Below, one piece after another: positions 35,055 to 46,589 of a stretch of 63,808 nt of DNA. A model generated the notes under the pieces. It was not told the DNA's origin, made no database searches, and saw nothing but the letters and a program-made list of their open reading frames with translations. A program made the position numbers and the translations under genes. How positions within the stretch are numbered: position 1 is the stretch's first letter; every line of letters begins with the position of its first letter. Source of the stretch: Octopus bimaculoides (lineage: Eukaryota); NCBI RefSeq assembly GCF_001194135.2, contig NC_068983.1:91074540-91138347 (forward strand). The letters run 5' to 3'.

Positions 35055-35957
35055 CAGGCATACCTCACCCTACGTCGTTAATTGGTTCTAGGAGACACGA
35101 CTTAAGTCGAATTAACTTGTCTCTAGGCCAGGCGAGGCCAAATTTACTTGTCTCTAGGTTAAACCGATAATAACCATTCCCAGTTCTGTACTTTATTTAT
35201 GGATGAATTTTCAATTATACATGATTAATTAAAAAAATTATTTTAAGCTTACAAACAAATTATTTTTTCTTATTCATGGCGGTGTTCTTCATCCCTGTAT
35301 CTTTAAGATTTAACATGTGCTAAAATCTTGTCCTTGTTATGTACAATCGTCGATACAGTTGTCCGACTCATCCCGAAAGATCGTGCAATTGCTACCACTT
35401 TTGCACCTTTTTCATAGCGTTTTATCATAGTCAGTTTATCTTCCAGCGTTATAACATGACGCTTAGCACTTTCACTATGAATTTTCTTATGAGCCATGGC
35501 GAAAAAATAAAGTCACAAATGAATAAGAATGAGAAAGTAGCCGATAAACCGACATAAACAAATCTGAATTCAAAACAATCACGGGAATCACAAGTGACAA
35601 CGATGCCTAATTGTAGATATTGGAATTACAGTGCAATATGAGCTCCAAAAGACTGATAAATAAGACAGCGCAGCTAATTTCATGATTTCGTTCACTTAGC
35701 TACACTACTTTATGGTGTGTATTTTAACATTTACTGTATGTATTTTAATATAATTTTATATGCTTTTATTCTTATTTATTTTGCAGTAACATGATTTTAT
35801 GTGATTTTAACTGTTTTCTTATGATTTTACGATTCCAGTATTTGTGGTGGACAGACGTAAATTTGAGTAATATAACTTCACTTGATTTTTATTTTTCCAT
35901 ATATTATTTTTGAAAACCGATGTATAATCGAGAACGACTTAAGCCAAGGTATGCTTG
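35055..35957 (-). mobile_element. Non-autonomous Tigger/pogo element retaining the N-terminal HTH
   Basis: TIRs CAGGCATACCT / AGGTATGCTTG with TA on both sides; ORF 35303-35497 KRHVITLEDKLTMIKRYEKGAKVVAIARSFGMSRTTVSTIVHNKDKI (CENP-B/psq HTH). Confidence 0.92.
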
Positions 35958-35999
35958 TACTTGGTCTCCATATTCTTCTTTCTTTGTCATAGGTTGGAC

Positions 36000-36308
36000 A
36001 AGTTTTAGAAGATTAAAATCAATTTAATATATTGGTCATAGCAATTTGTCCATTTTTTAAATCCTTACAGCCCAGATCTTACTGGGGTATGATGCTTCCC
36101 ACCACCACCATGTGAAATACTGCAAAGTTAAAATCAAAATGTTGATAGAACAGAGGAATGAAAATTTACTGTCATCTGTGAATTGGAGATGTGCTAGTAG
36201 CTCACTGTTGATTGTCCAGTCAATGTTTCTGATGACCATTTCTAGACATGTTGTGAAAGGCTTTGAAGAGACAGTATCACCTTATTTGATACTTTTCCCA
36301 ATTGGATC
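36000..36308 (-). mobile_element. RTE-like LINE RT fragment (continuation of 39077-39741)
   Basis: PIGKSIK*GDTVSSKPFTTCLEMVIRNIDW..LAHLQFTDD; joins ..SPVRN at 39077 once the LTR is removed. Confidence 0.8.
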
Positions 36309-39076
36309 TGTAAACGACTGTGCGAAGTGAAGTGACAAGAATGGCTCCTTTGCACAGTTGATACAATAAATATGAAAAGAATAAATGCGTATAAGTGCCA
36401 GAAGGAAAAGAGAGACACAACCGGGTAGAATGTTTAAGAGAAGATTTTATTTATATACTAGCAGTATAACCCGACCTTGTCCGGGAGTGACTTATTACGC
36501 CATCTACGATAAGTCTTGGTAGGTGAAAATCAACTAAAAAAGAAAGCCTTACAACGAAAAAACCCTTATGATGTTCATAATTCAAAAGATGATGAAATTA
36601 ATAGGGAAACTCTGAAGGCTGTTTTGCGTAAAATTATTAAGCGTACGTAAATTTCATCCGTCTAATTGGCTATAGAAATGCTTATGCAAAACAACTTTTT
36701 GCGTTGCCTGATTATACATAGCAGGGTGATCCCTTTTCACAGGAGCTAGGACGGCAATTTGTGATGAAGCAATTGCTGGTGATCTGTTGCTACACAGTTT
36801 TGCCAGAATTCTATCAGATTGGGCAGAAGATGTTGATACACCATTTTGCATTATGTTCAAAGTAGCTTTTGTAATGTGGTGAATTGCTGCAGTCTGTTGC
36901 TGTCATTTTAAACCGGTTGCTTTCTTTCCCCAGCAAACTCTCTTCTTTGGAGGCATAATCTATGTATATATTAAACAGAACAACAAAAGTTATAATAGAT
37001 GGCAGGGTCGGTACTTTTCACATATCTGTAATTTTTCAGATTAACACCCTCACGATTACCCAACCCTAATCCTAACACTAACNNNNNNNNNNNNNNNNNN
37101 NNNNNNNNNNNNNNNNNNNNNNNNNNNNNNNNNNNNNNNNNNNNNNNNNNNNNNNNNNNNNNNNNNNNNNNNNNNNNNNNNNNNNNNNNNNNNNNNNNNN
37201 NNNNNNNNNNNNNNNNNNNNNNNNNNNNNNNNNNNNNNNNNNNNNNNNNNNNNNNNNNNNNNNNNNNNNNNNNNNNNNNNNNNNNNNNNNNNNNNNNNNN
37301 NNNNNNNNNNNNNNNNNNNNNNNNNNNNNNNNNNNNNNNNNNNNNNNNNNNNNNNNNNNNNNNNNNNNNNNNNNNNNNNNNNNNNNNNNNNNNNNNNNNN
37401 NNNNNNNNNNNNNNNNNNNNNNNNNNNNNNNNNNNNNNNNNNNNNNNNNNNNNNNNNNNNNNNNNNNNNNNNNNNNNNNNNNNNNNNNNNNNNNNNNNNN
37501 NNNNNNNNNNNNNNNNNNNNNNNNNNNNNNNNNNNNNNNNNNNNNNNNNNNNNNNNNNNNNNNNNNNNNNNNNNNNNNNNNNNNNNNNNNNNNNNNNNNN
37601 NNNNNNNNNNNNNNNNNNNNNNNNNNNNNNNNNNNNNNNNNNNNNNNNNNAATATTGTACCCTACCCCCTCCCGAAACACTTTCACCGAAAATTTCATTA
37701 AAAAATATTCATTTTTCTGAAAGTTATGACCTTCCAAAGTCGGTGGTTACAACTCTGTAGTTATGCCACATTGACAAACATGAGTTATATTTTTGTGAAT
37801 AATTGTGTTTACTTGCACGTGTATGCGTTTGAGAGAGCGAGAGATGAAGAGGGGGAGAACGGGAGCAATGTGTATGTTGTCACAGATCACGTATGTGTGG
37901 TTGTGTGTGTTTTTACGTATCAATGTTATGAAAAATAGGTAAAGAATACTGAGAGAAAAGTTTAATCTATGACGTTGTATGTATCACTTTCTCTCTCTGT
38001 TGAGCGCGTGTGTAAGAACGACATTCCAGGTAGAAGGGAAGAAATATAAAAGTTGCTACAAATAACAGCCAAATCTCCCTTAAATCACGCAAAGTAAACG
38101 GAATTTAAAAAATCTAATTACTGCACTGGAAAGTTCACATTGAGAAAATTCCATTGGTGTAAAAAATTTTAAGAAAAAGTGGAAAATGTGGATTTCTATA
38201 GATGCAATACACACACACACTCACAAACTCAGCTTTATAGATATAGATTAACATGTGTGCATCATATATACATAATGATAGATAGGCCGTCATGAGAACA
38301 AAGTGTGTTTGCGTGTGCGCATAGGCATGGATGTATGTGTGTGTGATAAGTACAGAGTATTGAAAGAGTCTATAATATGCTATTAGAAGAATGTTCAGAC
38401 ACAAGGATGATAAATACCAGTTCATAGTCAAAGTACACGATAGGTGAAATGCTGTATCAAGAAGTTGTGGCTGTAATGCAGAGCCGGTTGAAGTACATGT
38501 CAAATAAGAAGTTGTGGCTACAATGCTACTGTCGTCGGTCACTTGTTACAGGAGGTTGTCGCAGGCTGTATTTGCTGTTAACCATGGTGAAGTAATTCAC
38601 AAACAGTGTTGTGATAAAACCTGTGTGAGTGTTGCTGGTTGCTGTGTACATAGAGAGCTGATGTTGATGTTAGGACGAATGCTGGTGACAGAGATGGAGG
38701 TCACTGAATGCTGCTTGGACGAAGTTGATGAGTCTCCATGTGGCTGCTGTTGTGTCGTCGCTGGAACTGGCTGTGTCCTGTGTGGTCAGTGGCTAGACCT
38801 CAAAAGGTCTGGAACCGAAAGACATCGACTCGGTGTGTTGCTGAAGTTTTATACGGTGCAGTCGACTCACCGGAGGTTTAGAAGAGACTGTCTCACATGA
38901 CCATATCAGAAGGCTGCGATTGGTTGGGTTGCATATTGGTGCGCAATAGACAAATTGCGCCAATACCAACCAATCAGAGTAGTGGACACAAAAGGGCAGC
39001 CAAAGGCTAACTGTTATCTACTATGTCCATATTTATGTATAGAGAGAGAGGAATTTCCCTCAAGTCGTATGCTACA
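36309..39076 (-). mobile_element. Solo LTR A (~980 bp) interrupted by a Helitron
   Basis: TGTAA...CTACA termini; 4-bp TSD GATC (36305-36308) / GATT (39077-39080); body homologous to 39810-40658. Confidence 0.82.
36458..38247 (-). mobile_element. Non-autonomous Helitron with PIF1-helicase remnant
   Basis: 5' TCTATATCTATAAAG after an A; 3' hairpin CCCGGACAAGGTCGGG then CTAG before a T; no TSD. RILAKLCSNRSPAIASSQIAVLAP at ~36740-36820 resembles PIF1 LLAKVRS..AVASSGIAATLLP. Confidence 0.88.
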
Positions 39077-39741
39077 GATTTCTTACTGGTGACCATAGCA
39101 GAACTATATCAGTGGTGTTTGCATCCTTGAACAGTTTGATGTATTGCACCTCAACTCCTTGAATTTCCTGAGATTTCAACATGTGTTCATCTCAGTGCTA
39201 TTGAAGGCCTTTTCATAGTTGATAGAAGTGATGCTCAGAGGCAGCTTGTATTCTTTCGCTGATACTATAAGCTATATTAAAGTGAATATATGATCCATCA
39301 CACTAATTCTTACAGAAACCTGCTTGCTCAGTTGGCTGCTAGTCAGTGAGATATTTCAATAATCTTGAGACTATGACCCTTGTAAACAGCTTGGAATTAT
39401 AGTTTCTTAGATCTTCTTTATCACCCTTCTTGTGAAATAAGATTGTGTGTAACTCTTCCCAAGGTAACGGTATTTGATTCTCTTTCAGATGGTGATTGAA
39501 GCATAGAACGAGTATTTTCCACAGCTCTTCTCCTCTACTAAACACCTCTGTTGTCATACCATCTTTCCATGGAGTTTTATCTGCTTTCATAAGCTTGATG
39601 GCATTTTCAATTTCACTGAGTACAATAGGTGGCACTTCTGACATTTGCGTTGGTGGCGTATCTGACTTCATCAATGATTTTAAAAGGCTGGTGTAGAAGG
39701 TTTTGGATGCCTCTTTCATGGCCTCTTTGTCATTATGAGCC
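39077..39741 (-). mobile_element. RTE-like LINE RT fragment
   Basis: VPPIVLSEIENAIKLMKADKTPWKDG, HKKGDKEDLRNY, QPTEQAGF, DHIFTL, YEKAFNS. Confidence 0.85.
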
Positions 39742-40658
39742 TGTAGGAAAATGTGATTAGCACTTGCTGGGTGCTTCACAATTCCATACATAGTTCATGG
39801 AAGGAAAAGGGTTAAATGAGTATAAGTGCTAGAAGGAAAAGAGAGACACAATCAGGTAGAATGTTTAAGAGAAGATTTTATTTATATGTTAACATGTGTG
39901 TGCGTCATATATACATAATAATAGACAGGCCGTCATGTATTCAAAGTGCGTGTGTACAAATATGGATGTATGCATGTGCTATAAGTACAGAGCATAGAAA
40001 GAGTCTATAATATGACGTTAAAAGAATGTCCAGACACAAGGATGATAAATACCAGTTCTTAGTCAAGTTACACAGTAGTTGAAGTGCTGTATCAAGAAGT
40101 TGTGGCTACAATGCTGCTGCCAGTTACTTGTTACAGGAGTTCTCGCAGGTTGTATTTGCTGTTAACCATGGTGAAGTAATTCACAAACAGTGTGGAGATA
40201 GAACCTGTGCGAGCGTTGCTGTGTTGATGTCGTTAAGATGATGGTGGCAACAGAGATGGAGGTCCTCAATGCTGCTGGACGAAGTGTGGATGAGTCTGCA
40301 TGTGGCTAATGTTGTCGTCACTGGAACTGGCTGTGTTCTCTGTGGTCAGTGGCTAGACCTCAGAAGGTCTGGAGCCAAAAGACACTCGACTGTGTTACTG
40401 AAGTTTTATAGCATGTAGTCGGCTCACCGGAAGTTTAGAAGTGACTGTCTCACGTGACCTTATCAGAAGGCTGCGATTGATTAGGTTGCATCTTGGCACG
40501 CAATAGTGCAAGGGACAAACTGCACCAATACCAACCAATTAGAGTAGTAGACACAACAGGGTTAAAAGGTGCAGCTGAAGGCTGGCTGTTATCTACTACG
40601 TCTGTATTTATGTATATATAACATAGAGAGAAAAGTTTCCCTTAAGTCGTACGCTACA
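39742..40658 (-). mobile_element. Solo LTR B (917 bp)
   Basis: TGTAG...CTACA termini; perfect TSD AGCC at 39738-39741 and 40659-40662; AATAAA on the minus strand near 39880. Confidence 0.9.
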
Positions 40659-40706
40659 AGCCCATTTCTCTCCAGCATCATTTTAGACTTTTCCTTCCCT
40701 TTAAAG

Positions 40707-40887
40707 CAGGGGTCAGTGAACTGGGGTAAATATGAAATTCTTGGGGGTAATTAGACGTAAGTAAAATTATATAAAAAAACGTGTTCCTTGTTAATTATGA
40801 TTTTCTTCCTTTCCATTCAAGGGGGTAATGTCGGCATAAATAAATATATTTTGGGGTATTTGGTTAAAAAAAGGTCCCTGACCCCTG
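40707..40887. mobile_element. hAT-type MITE
   Basis: TIRs CAGGGGTCAG / CTGACCCCTG; 8-bp flanks CTTTAAAG / CTCTAAAA (6/8). Confidence 0.85.
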
Positions 40888-41179
40888 CTCTAAAACTTCA
40901 GTCAACTTCTCAAAGACATTTTCAAGAGGTTGCTAAGAATCTTTGATACTCAAAGGCCACCAAGGAATCAGATAACAAACCTTACTATATGTACCAACAA
41001 TTGCAGGGCTTTGGCAAGGAGAACTGATTGGATAGAAATTATCAAACTTTAAACTTCTGTAACATTTTTCAAGAATAAATGAATCACAACTTTATGGCCA
41101 TATTCGAAGAAACAGAGGTTTGGAATACATTATCAAGAGTAGAGGGAGGTGGCTTTGAGCAAGTTAGGAGGTTAAAGCA

Positions 41180-41700
41180 TGATAGGACAGAGATAGGTGT
41201 CTTATTTGGCTACCTCAGTAGGAAAAGAAAGGAGAGGAAAGAGAGATATAGTTAGAGAGAAAGATAGAGAGAGACAGTCAGAGTGAGAGAGAAATAGATA
41301 GTGGAGCAGTGGGGGAGGAGTATAAGTGGTACAGAGGAGATAGAGAAGGATGTTCCATAAGAGTGTGAGGGGGAGATGTTTAGAGAGGAAGAGGTGACTG
41401 TAGGAAGTGCTGGTGCGAGAAAATAGAGTGGCTGGGTGGGGTGTTGTATGTAGATATGCTAGGGTATGGAGAATGCACAGATAGATATGTGAGGGAGAAT
41501 GAAAGGGCCTGCAGGGAGTGGTGTTCATGGGTGCTGGGATGAGGAATTGGAAAGATGAGAGAGTTTTGACAGGACAGATTATGTGTATCTGTGTGAGAGG
41601 GGAAGCATAGCCATAAGGACATACCCATATGTATGGATGACCACGATTTTACTTGTTTTCTCAAGCACAGTTAATTGCCAGAAATCTTGGTCCCTTGTCA
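41180..41700 (-). mobile_element. Probable decayed Penelope-like 3' fragment with GA-rich tail
   Basis: Weak resemblance to the GIY-YIG C-terminus followed by a CT/GA-rich tract. Confidence 0.4.
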
Positions 41701-42280
41701 TCTCCTATGTATGTGTGTGTGTGTGTATGTTTGTATCAGTGGTGAAGGGTGACTAGGAAACTAGGGCATGCAGTCCACCACACACACACTCTCCTGTTCC
41801 CCCCCCCCCCCCCCCGCCACGTGAAAAGTGTAGTATTATATGCTTTGAGATATGGAAAGTCTGAAAATGAAAATAGCTTCCCCACTACGATGACCCATTT
41901 TGAAGTAGTTAATAAGACACAAGAAACATACATACAAACATTTCTAGAATATATACAGGAATCCCATGATTAATGCACAAAAAATTTTTGAGACTGCCCC
42001 TTAATATAAACGGTGTCAAATTTGATTAACTCATTTCAATAAGTGTTTTTTTTTTTCTTTGTTTTTGTTTTTTGCACAAACCCTTTGAAGCATTGACAAC
42101 ACCTCATCTTCTGTTCCGCACCAATCTTTCATGCATGAGGTTGTGTGCCACACCTACTACTGCTTAACTAGTATATTCAAAATAAATTGACAAAACTCCT
42201 TGAAATTCTATCTAAAGTCATGTAGTTGTCTGATTTTTTTTTCTTTTTTCATAAGTTTATAGAAAAGATCTGGACCCCTT

Positions 42281-42522
42281 TGCCAACTTACCACCTCAAT
42301 ATGGCTACAATATTATAAGTGGGAGTATTTCCATTTCAAAGTTTTTGAGTGGTAATTAATAGGTGAAAAGTTTTTTTATTTGATAATAATTTTTATAAAA
42401 AGAATTTTAGAAAAATTATCAAACAAAAAAAGCTTTTTACCTATTAATTACCACTCAAAAACTTTGAAACGGAAATACTCCCACTTCTAATATCGTAGCC
42501 ATATTGAGGCAGCGGGTTGGCA
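42281..42522. repeat. Long fold-back palindrome (~110-bp arms)
   Basis: 42281-42392 is the near-perfect reverse complement of ~42411-42522. Confidence 0.9.
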
Positions 42523-42721
42523 GAGTTGTTAGCAAGTTGGACAAGATGCTTTGCAGTATTTCACCCACACTTGCACTCTGAGTTCAAATTCTGCTGGGGT
42601 TGATTTTGTCTATCATCCATTCAGGTATGATAAATTAAATACCAGTCAACCACAGAGGGTCAGTGTAATTGACTAGACCCATTCCCTCAAAATTTCAGCC
42701 CTTGTGGCTGCATTAGAAAGG
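42508..42721 (+). mobile_element. Family B SINE with 19-bp TSD
   Basis: AATAT(C/T)GTAGCCATATTGA at 42489-42507 and 42722-42740; B-box-like GAGTTCAAATTC. Confidence 0.88.
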
Positions 42722-43089
42722 AATATTGTAGCCATATTGAACCATGTCTATTTTTAAAGAACATTTTATATAGAAATAAAATCAGGAAAAAAATTTCTAA
42801 AAACAATGTTTTTTTCAGTGGAGTCTAACATGGCAAAGCATCAGTTAGATCATTCTAATTTTTTTCTTTTGCATTTTATAATTATAACGTTTTTTTCTAA
42901 GATAAAACAGCAGTCCATGAATTTTGGACCGCTTCCTTGATTTTTTGAAAAGTATCTTATATCTCACTGTAATAAAAATAAAATATACAAGTTAGAGTAA
43001 ATTTGGATCAGATTTTTAATTAAAAAAAAACAGTAGGTGCTTTTTTTAAAGAATTCTATCTATTTGTATGATATTTTAGTTTTTAAGTA

Positions 43090-44142
43090 CAGTTGACCAT
43101 AAGTGAAAAACAACATTTATCTGCGCACAGATATAATTGAAGGAAATTGGTAGGATTATCACCAAATCCTCAATGTCGACAAAACTGACCTATTCTGGAA
43201 AAAAAATGTCAACAAGAACTTTTTTGGCAAGAAAAGAGGCAACGACACCAGGTTATGAGGCACCCAAGGATAGATTAACACTTCTACGTGGAGGTAACAC
43301 CAAGGTTGAATGCAAATTAACACCGATGCTAATTTATCATACAATGAACCCAAGAGTATTAAAAGGCAGTAACAAACAATCCTTTTCTGTAATTTGGAAA
43401 CCAATTGAAAGGGCTTGGGTGACAAAATAGTTGTTTGAAGAATGGTTCAATATGCACTTTTGTTACACATTTGAAAAATATTGCAAAAAAAAAATTAATA
43501 ATGATTTAAATTTCTAAGTTCTTTTAGTTTTAGATAATGCCCCTGGGCATCCCACCTCACTTGATGATTTAAATAGTAATATGGAGGTTATATTTTTACC
43601 AACAAATACAACTTCTTTACTACAGCTGATGGACCAAGGAGTGATTTCTACATTCATAGCATGTGTGTGAAGAACTTTTGCCCAGGTAATTCAAGTTATA
43701 ACTGGAGATAATTCAATCACTCTTGAAGAATTTTGGAAAAAAATTGATATTAAACAAGCAGTTGAAAACATTCACAAGCCTTGGAAGAAGTAACAGACAG
43801 CTGCAAGAGAGCAGTCTAGCAGAATTTTTTGCCTGACTGCACTAACGATTGTTTTGGCTTCAATAATCCCAACAACCAAGTTATTGATGAAATTGCTACA
43901 ATTGGAAGGGACCTCTGCTTTGAGGAATTAAGGAATTAGATTTGGAAAATGTTAGAGAATTACTGGAATCGCTTCAAAAAAAAAAAAAACTAAACATCAA
44001 CAATCTTCTTGGAATAAAGCATCAAAAGGCATATGAAGGAGAAGATGAAAAGGAAGCAGAAGAAATGGAAACCACACCCAAAGATATTTCAGTCAAAAAA
44101 CTTGAAGAATTGTTACAAACAATTAAAAAAACCTAAAGAACT
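43090..44142 (+). mobile_element. Decayed Tigger/pogo DDE transposase, cut by a Gypsy LTR
   Basis: TA-CAGTTGACC start; NVDKTDLFWKKM, KDRLTLL, LLVLDNAPGHP, FLPTNTTSLLQLMDQGVI. Confidence 0.9.
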
Positions 44143-46220
44143 TGTAGGAAATGAGGTTGGCACTGGATGGGTGCCTCACAATTCCTTACATAGTTCGTGG
44201 AAGGAAATAAGTAGGAACAAGATCTCCGAACAAATAACAATAAAGATTTATTTATACAAAACATTTAATTTCTAGACAATCAGTAGCCAGGTCGCCTTGG
44301 TGTGGAAGCAGCAGGTCGGTAATTAATCACAATTATGAAGGCATTCTTCACAGATTCGCAATGTCGTGTATCGCCATCAGAATTCCAGTCACACGGAGCT
44401 GGTCTAGTCGCGTCCGGCTTGGTCGGCAGCAGGGGCAAAGAGAGAGAGAATGGCAGTGAAGCCTAGCTGCTGCTGATGACTGTGTATGCACATAAGGGGC
44501 TTCCGGCAGGTCTTTTGGAAGGCTCTAATCCCTGCACATGCATGGATGAAAGTTCCAAAATGGCGTCTGGAACCAGGCGTCACTACAAGGCTCCCCTTCG
44601 AATGCGGAAGCACGAAAATAGAAAGATTGTAGTGGAGCAAAAAACAAGATGGCTACCGATCACCCACAAGATGTGGCACAAAATATGACAACTCAAAAGA
44701 AAATAATTACAATATAAATGAGCATGCACAAAAAATTTTTTTACAAAATGTTCAATAGCAAAACATTGAAACTGTCCAGTACACAAAAGAACACCTGTCT
44801 GTCACAGGAAACACAATAGAGAATGTCAAATGTAAATAGTCTTTACAAGTTTCTTGGGCCAGCGATCAGTTTGGCCAGTCCTGGTTACATAGGGTCTGCT
44901 CAAGGCAGATTGTGACGATGAAGTTGGTATTGTAGGTGCTGGTGTTGTCAAAGGTGCATGTGTAGGTGATGGTGTTGTCAAAGATGCATGTGTAGGTGAT
45001 GATGTTGGCAAAGGTGCATGTGTAGGTTCAAAGGTGGGCGTGGCAGCGGTATCATCAAAAGATTTGGACACCTCAAAATATGCTCTTTTAAGCCAATCTA
45101 CAGAAACAGTTTCCGTACGACCATTCATATCAATCGGAAAAACTTTGGGTGTACGAGAAAGCACACGAAAGGGTCCTTTGTAAGGAGAAACAAGAGGTCC
45201 CTTGATAGAGTCATCCCGAACAAAAACATGCAACCAATTGTCAATATCTGATGAGAAATTAGAGGGTGGAGATTGGTCCCGGGAACCCATGGGCAGAAGA
45301 TTAGAAAAATAGGTGTGAAGTCTGGTGACGTACGATGCCAGATCATGAAGCTGTGAAATGTCTGGCACCAACATCGTACCAGGCAATGCTAGCGTGGTAC
45401 CACACAGCAGCTCTGCAGAGGAGAAACCCAGGTCTATTTGACAGCAGTACGACAGCCAAGAAGCACAATTGGCAGAAATTCAGTCCTGGAAAGGCACATA
45501 GAGCAGCTTTGAGCTGTCTATGAAACCATTAGACCATCCTGTTGGAAGCTGGATGGTAACTGGTTGTGTGAATGTGATGCACACCCAGAATTCGTGACAA
45601 TTCACGAAATAAAGAAGCTTCAAATTGACGTCCGTGATCAGTAGTTAATCTGGATGGAACTCTGAAGCGGGAAATCCGGTTAGAAACAAAAGCTTGAGCA
45701 ACAGATTCAGCAGAAATGTCTGCTATTAGAATGGCTTCTAGTCATAAGAGAACCTGTGTCTCACAGGCCATGGTCCAACTAGATCAATGTGGACATGGCG
45801 AAAACGGGCCTCCAGAGGAGAAAACTGTTCAAGCGGAGCACGAATGTGCTGTTGGATCTTGGAACATTGGCACTTGGAACAAGTACGTGTCCAAGAAGTA
45901 ATTGTGCGATGCATATTTGGCCAGAAAAAACGAGCAGTGGTAAGCTTAAGTGTAGCAGCAATGCCCAGATGTGACAAGGAATGCAGGGCCTCAAACACTG
46001 AGCGTTGGTGATTCTCAGGCATGAGTGGCCTGGTAGAATCAGTAGAGGCATCACAAAGAATAGTGCCTTCAGCCGATGGAAGCGGAAGATAGGCAAATTG
46101 GCAGCAGGAGAACTTGGGTGAAGTTAAATCTAACTTCGCCAAAGCTGGTTGGTCCTGCAATATGGCAATCAAATCGATTGCAGCAGGAGATAAAAGAGAT
46201 TGATTGAAATCAATCAATGT
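44143..46220 (-). mobile_element. Gypsy (CsRn1-like) 3' part: integrase, PPT and 3' LTR C (44143-44587)
   Basis: HSLSHLGIAATLKL..RFFWPNM..CSKCQ (H2C2), ARFRHVHIDLVGPWP, PYKGPFRVL, VSVDWLKRAY; purine tract GAAGGGGAG precedes LTR TGTAG...CTACA; 30-bp tandem at ~44930-45030. Confidence 0.93.
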
Positions 46221-46589
46221 TCATAATTTTGGTATTTTCCATGGTTCATTATAATTATCGCATTGGTTCTAAGGCTTGATTAGTGTGGCTTTGGTACATG
46301 TGGTTTTTTCGCAAGAATTAATTAACTGCACTAATTAAGGAATTCCTGTAATTGATATATAAGCTTCTTTTCAGTTTCTGTTGTGTTGTTGCCACAGTTA
46401 GATATGAATTCCATTACTGTGGATTTGCCTTCGACTTCACATAATTTATTTTTGTGTCTTTTTTCTACGACATACTAAGTAATTTGCATATGACTGCAAT
46501 TGGTACGTCTGATCATGCTTATAAATGACTCTTCTGGGATTGGACCTGTGACCATGTGGTTGGTAACAATTTACTTACCACACTGTTAT

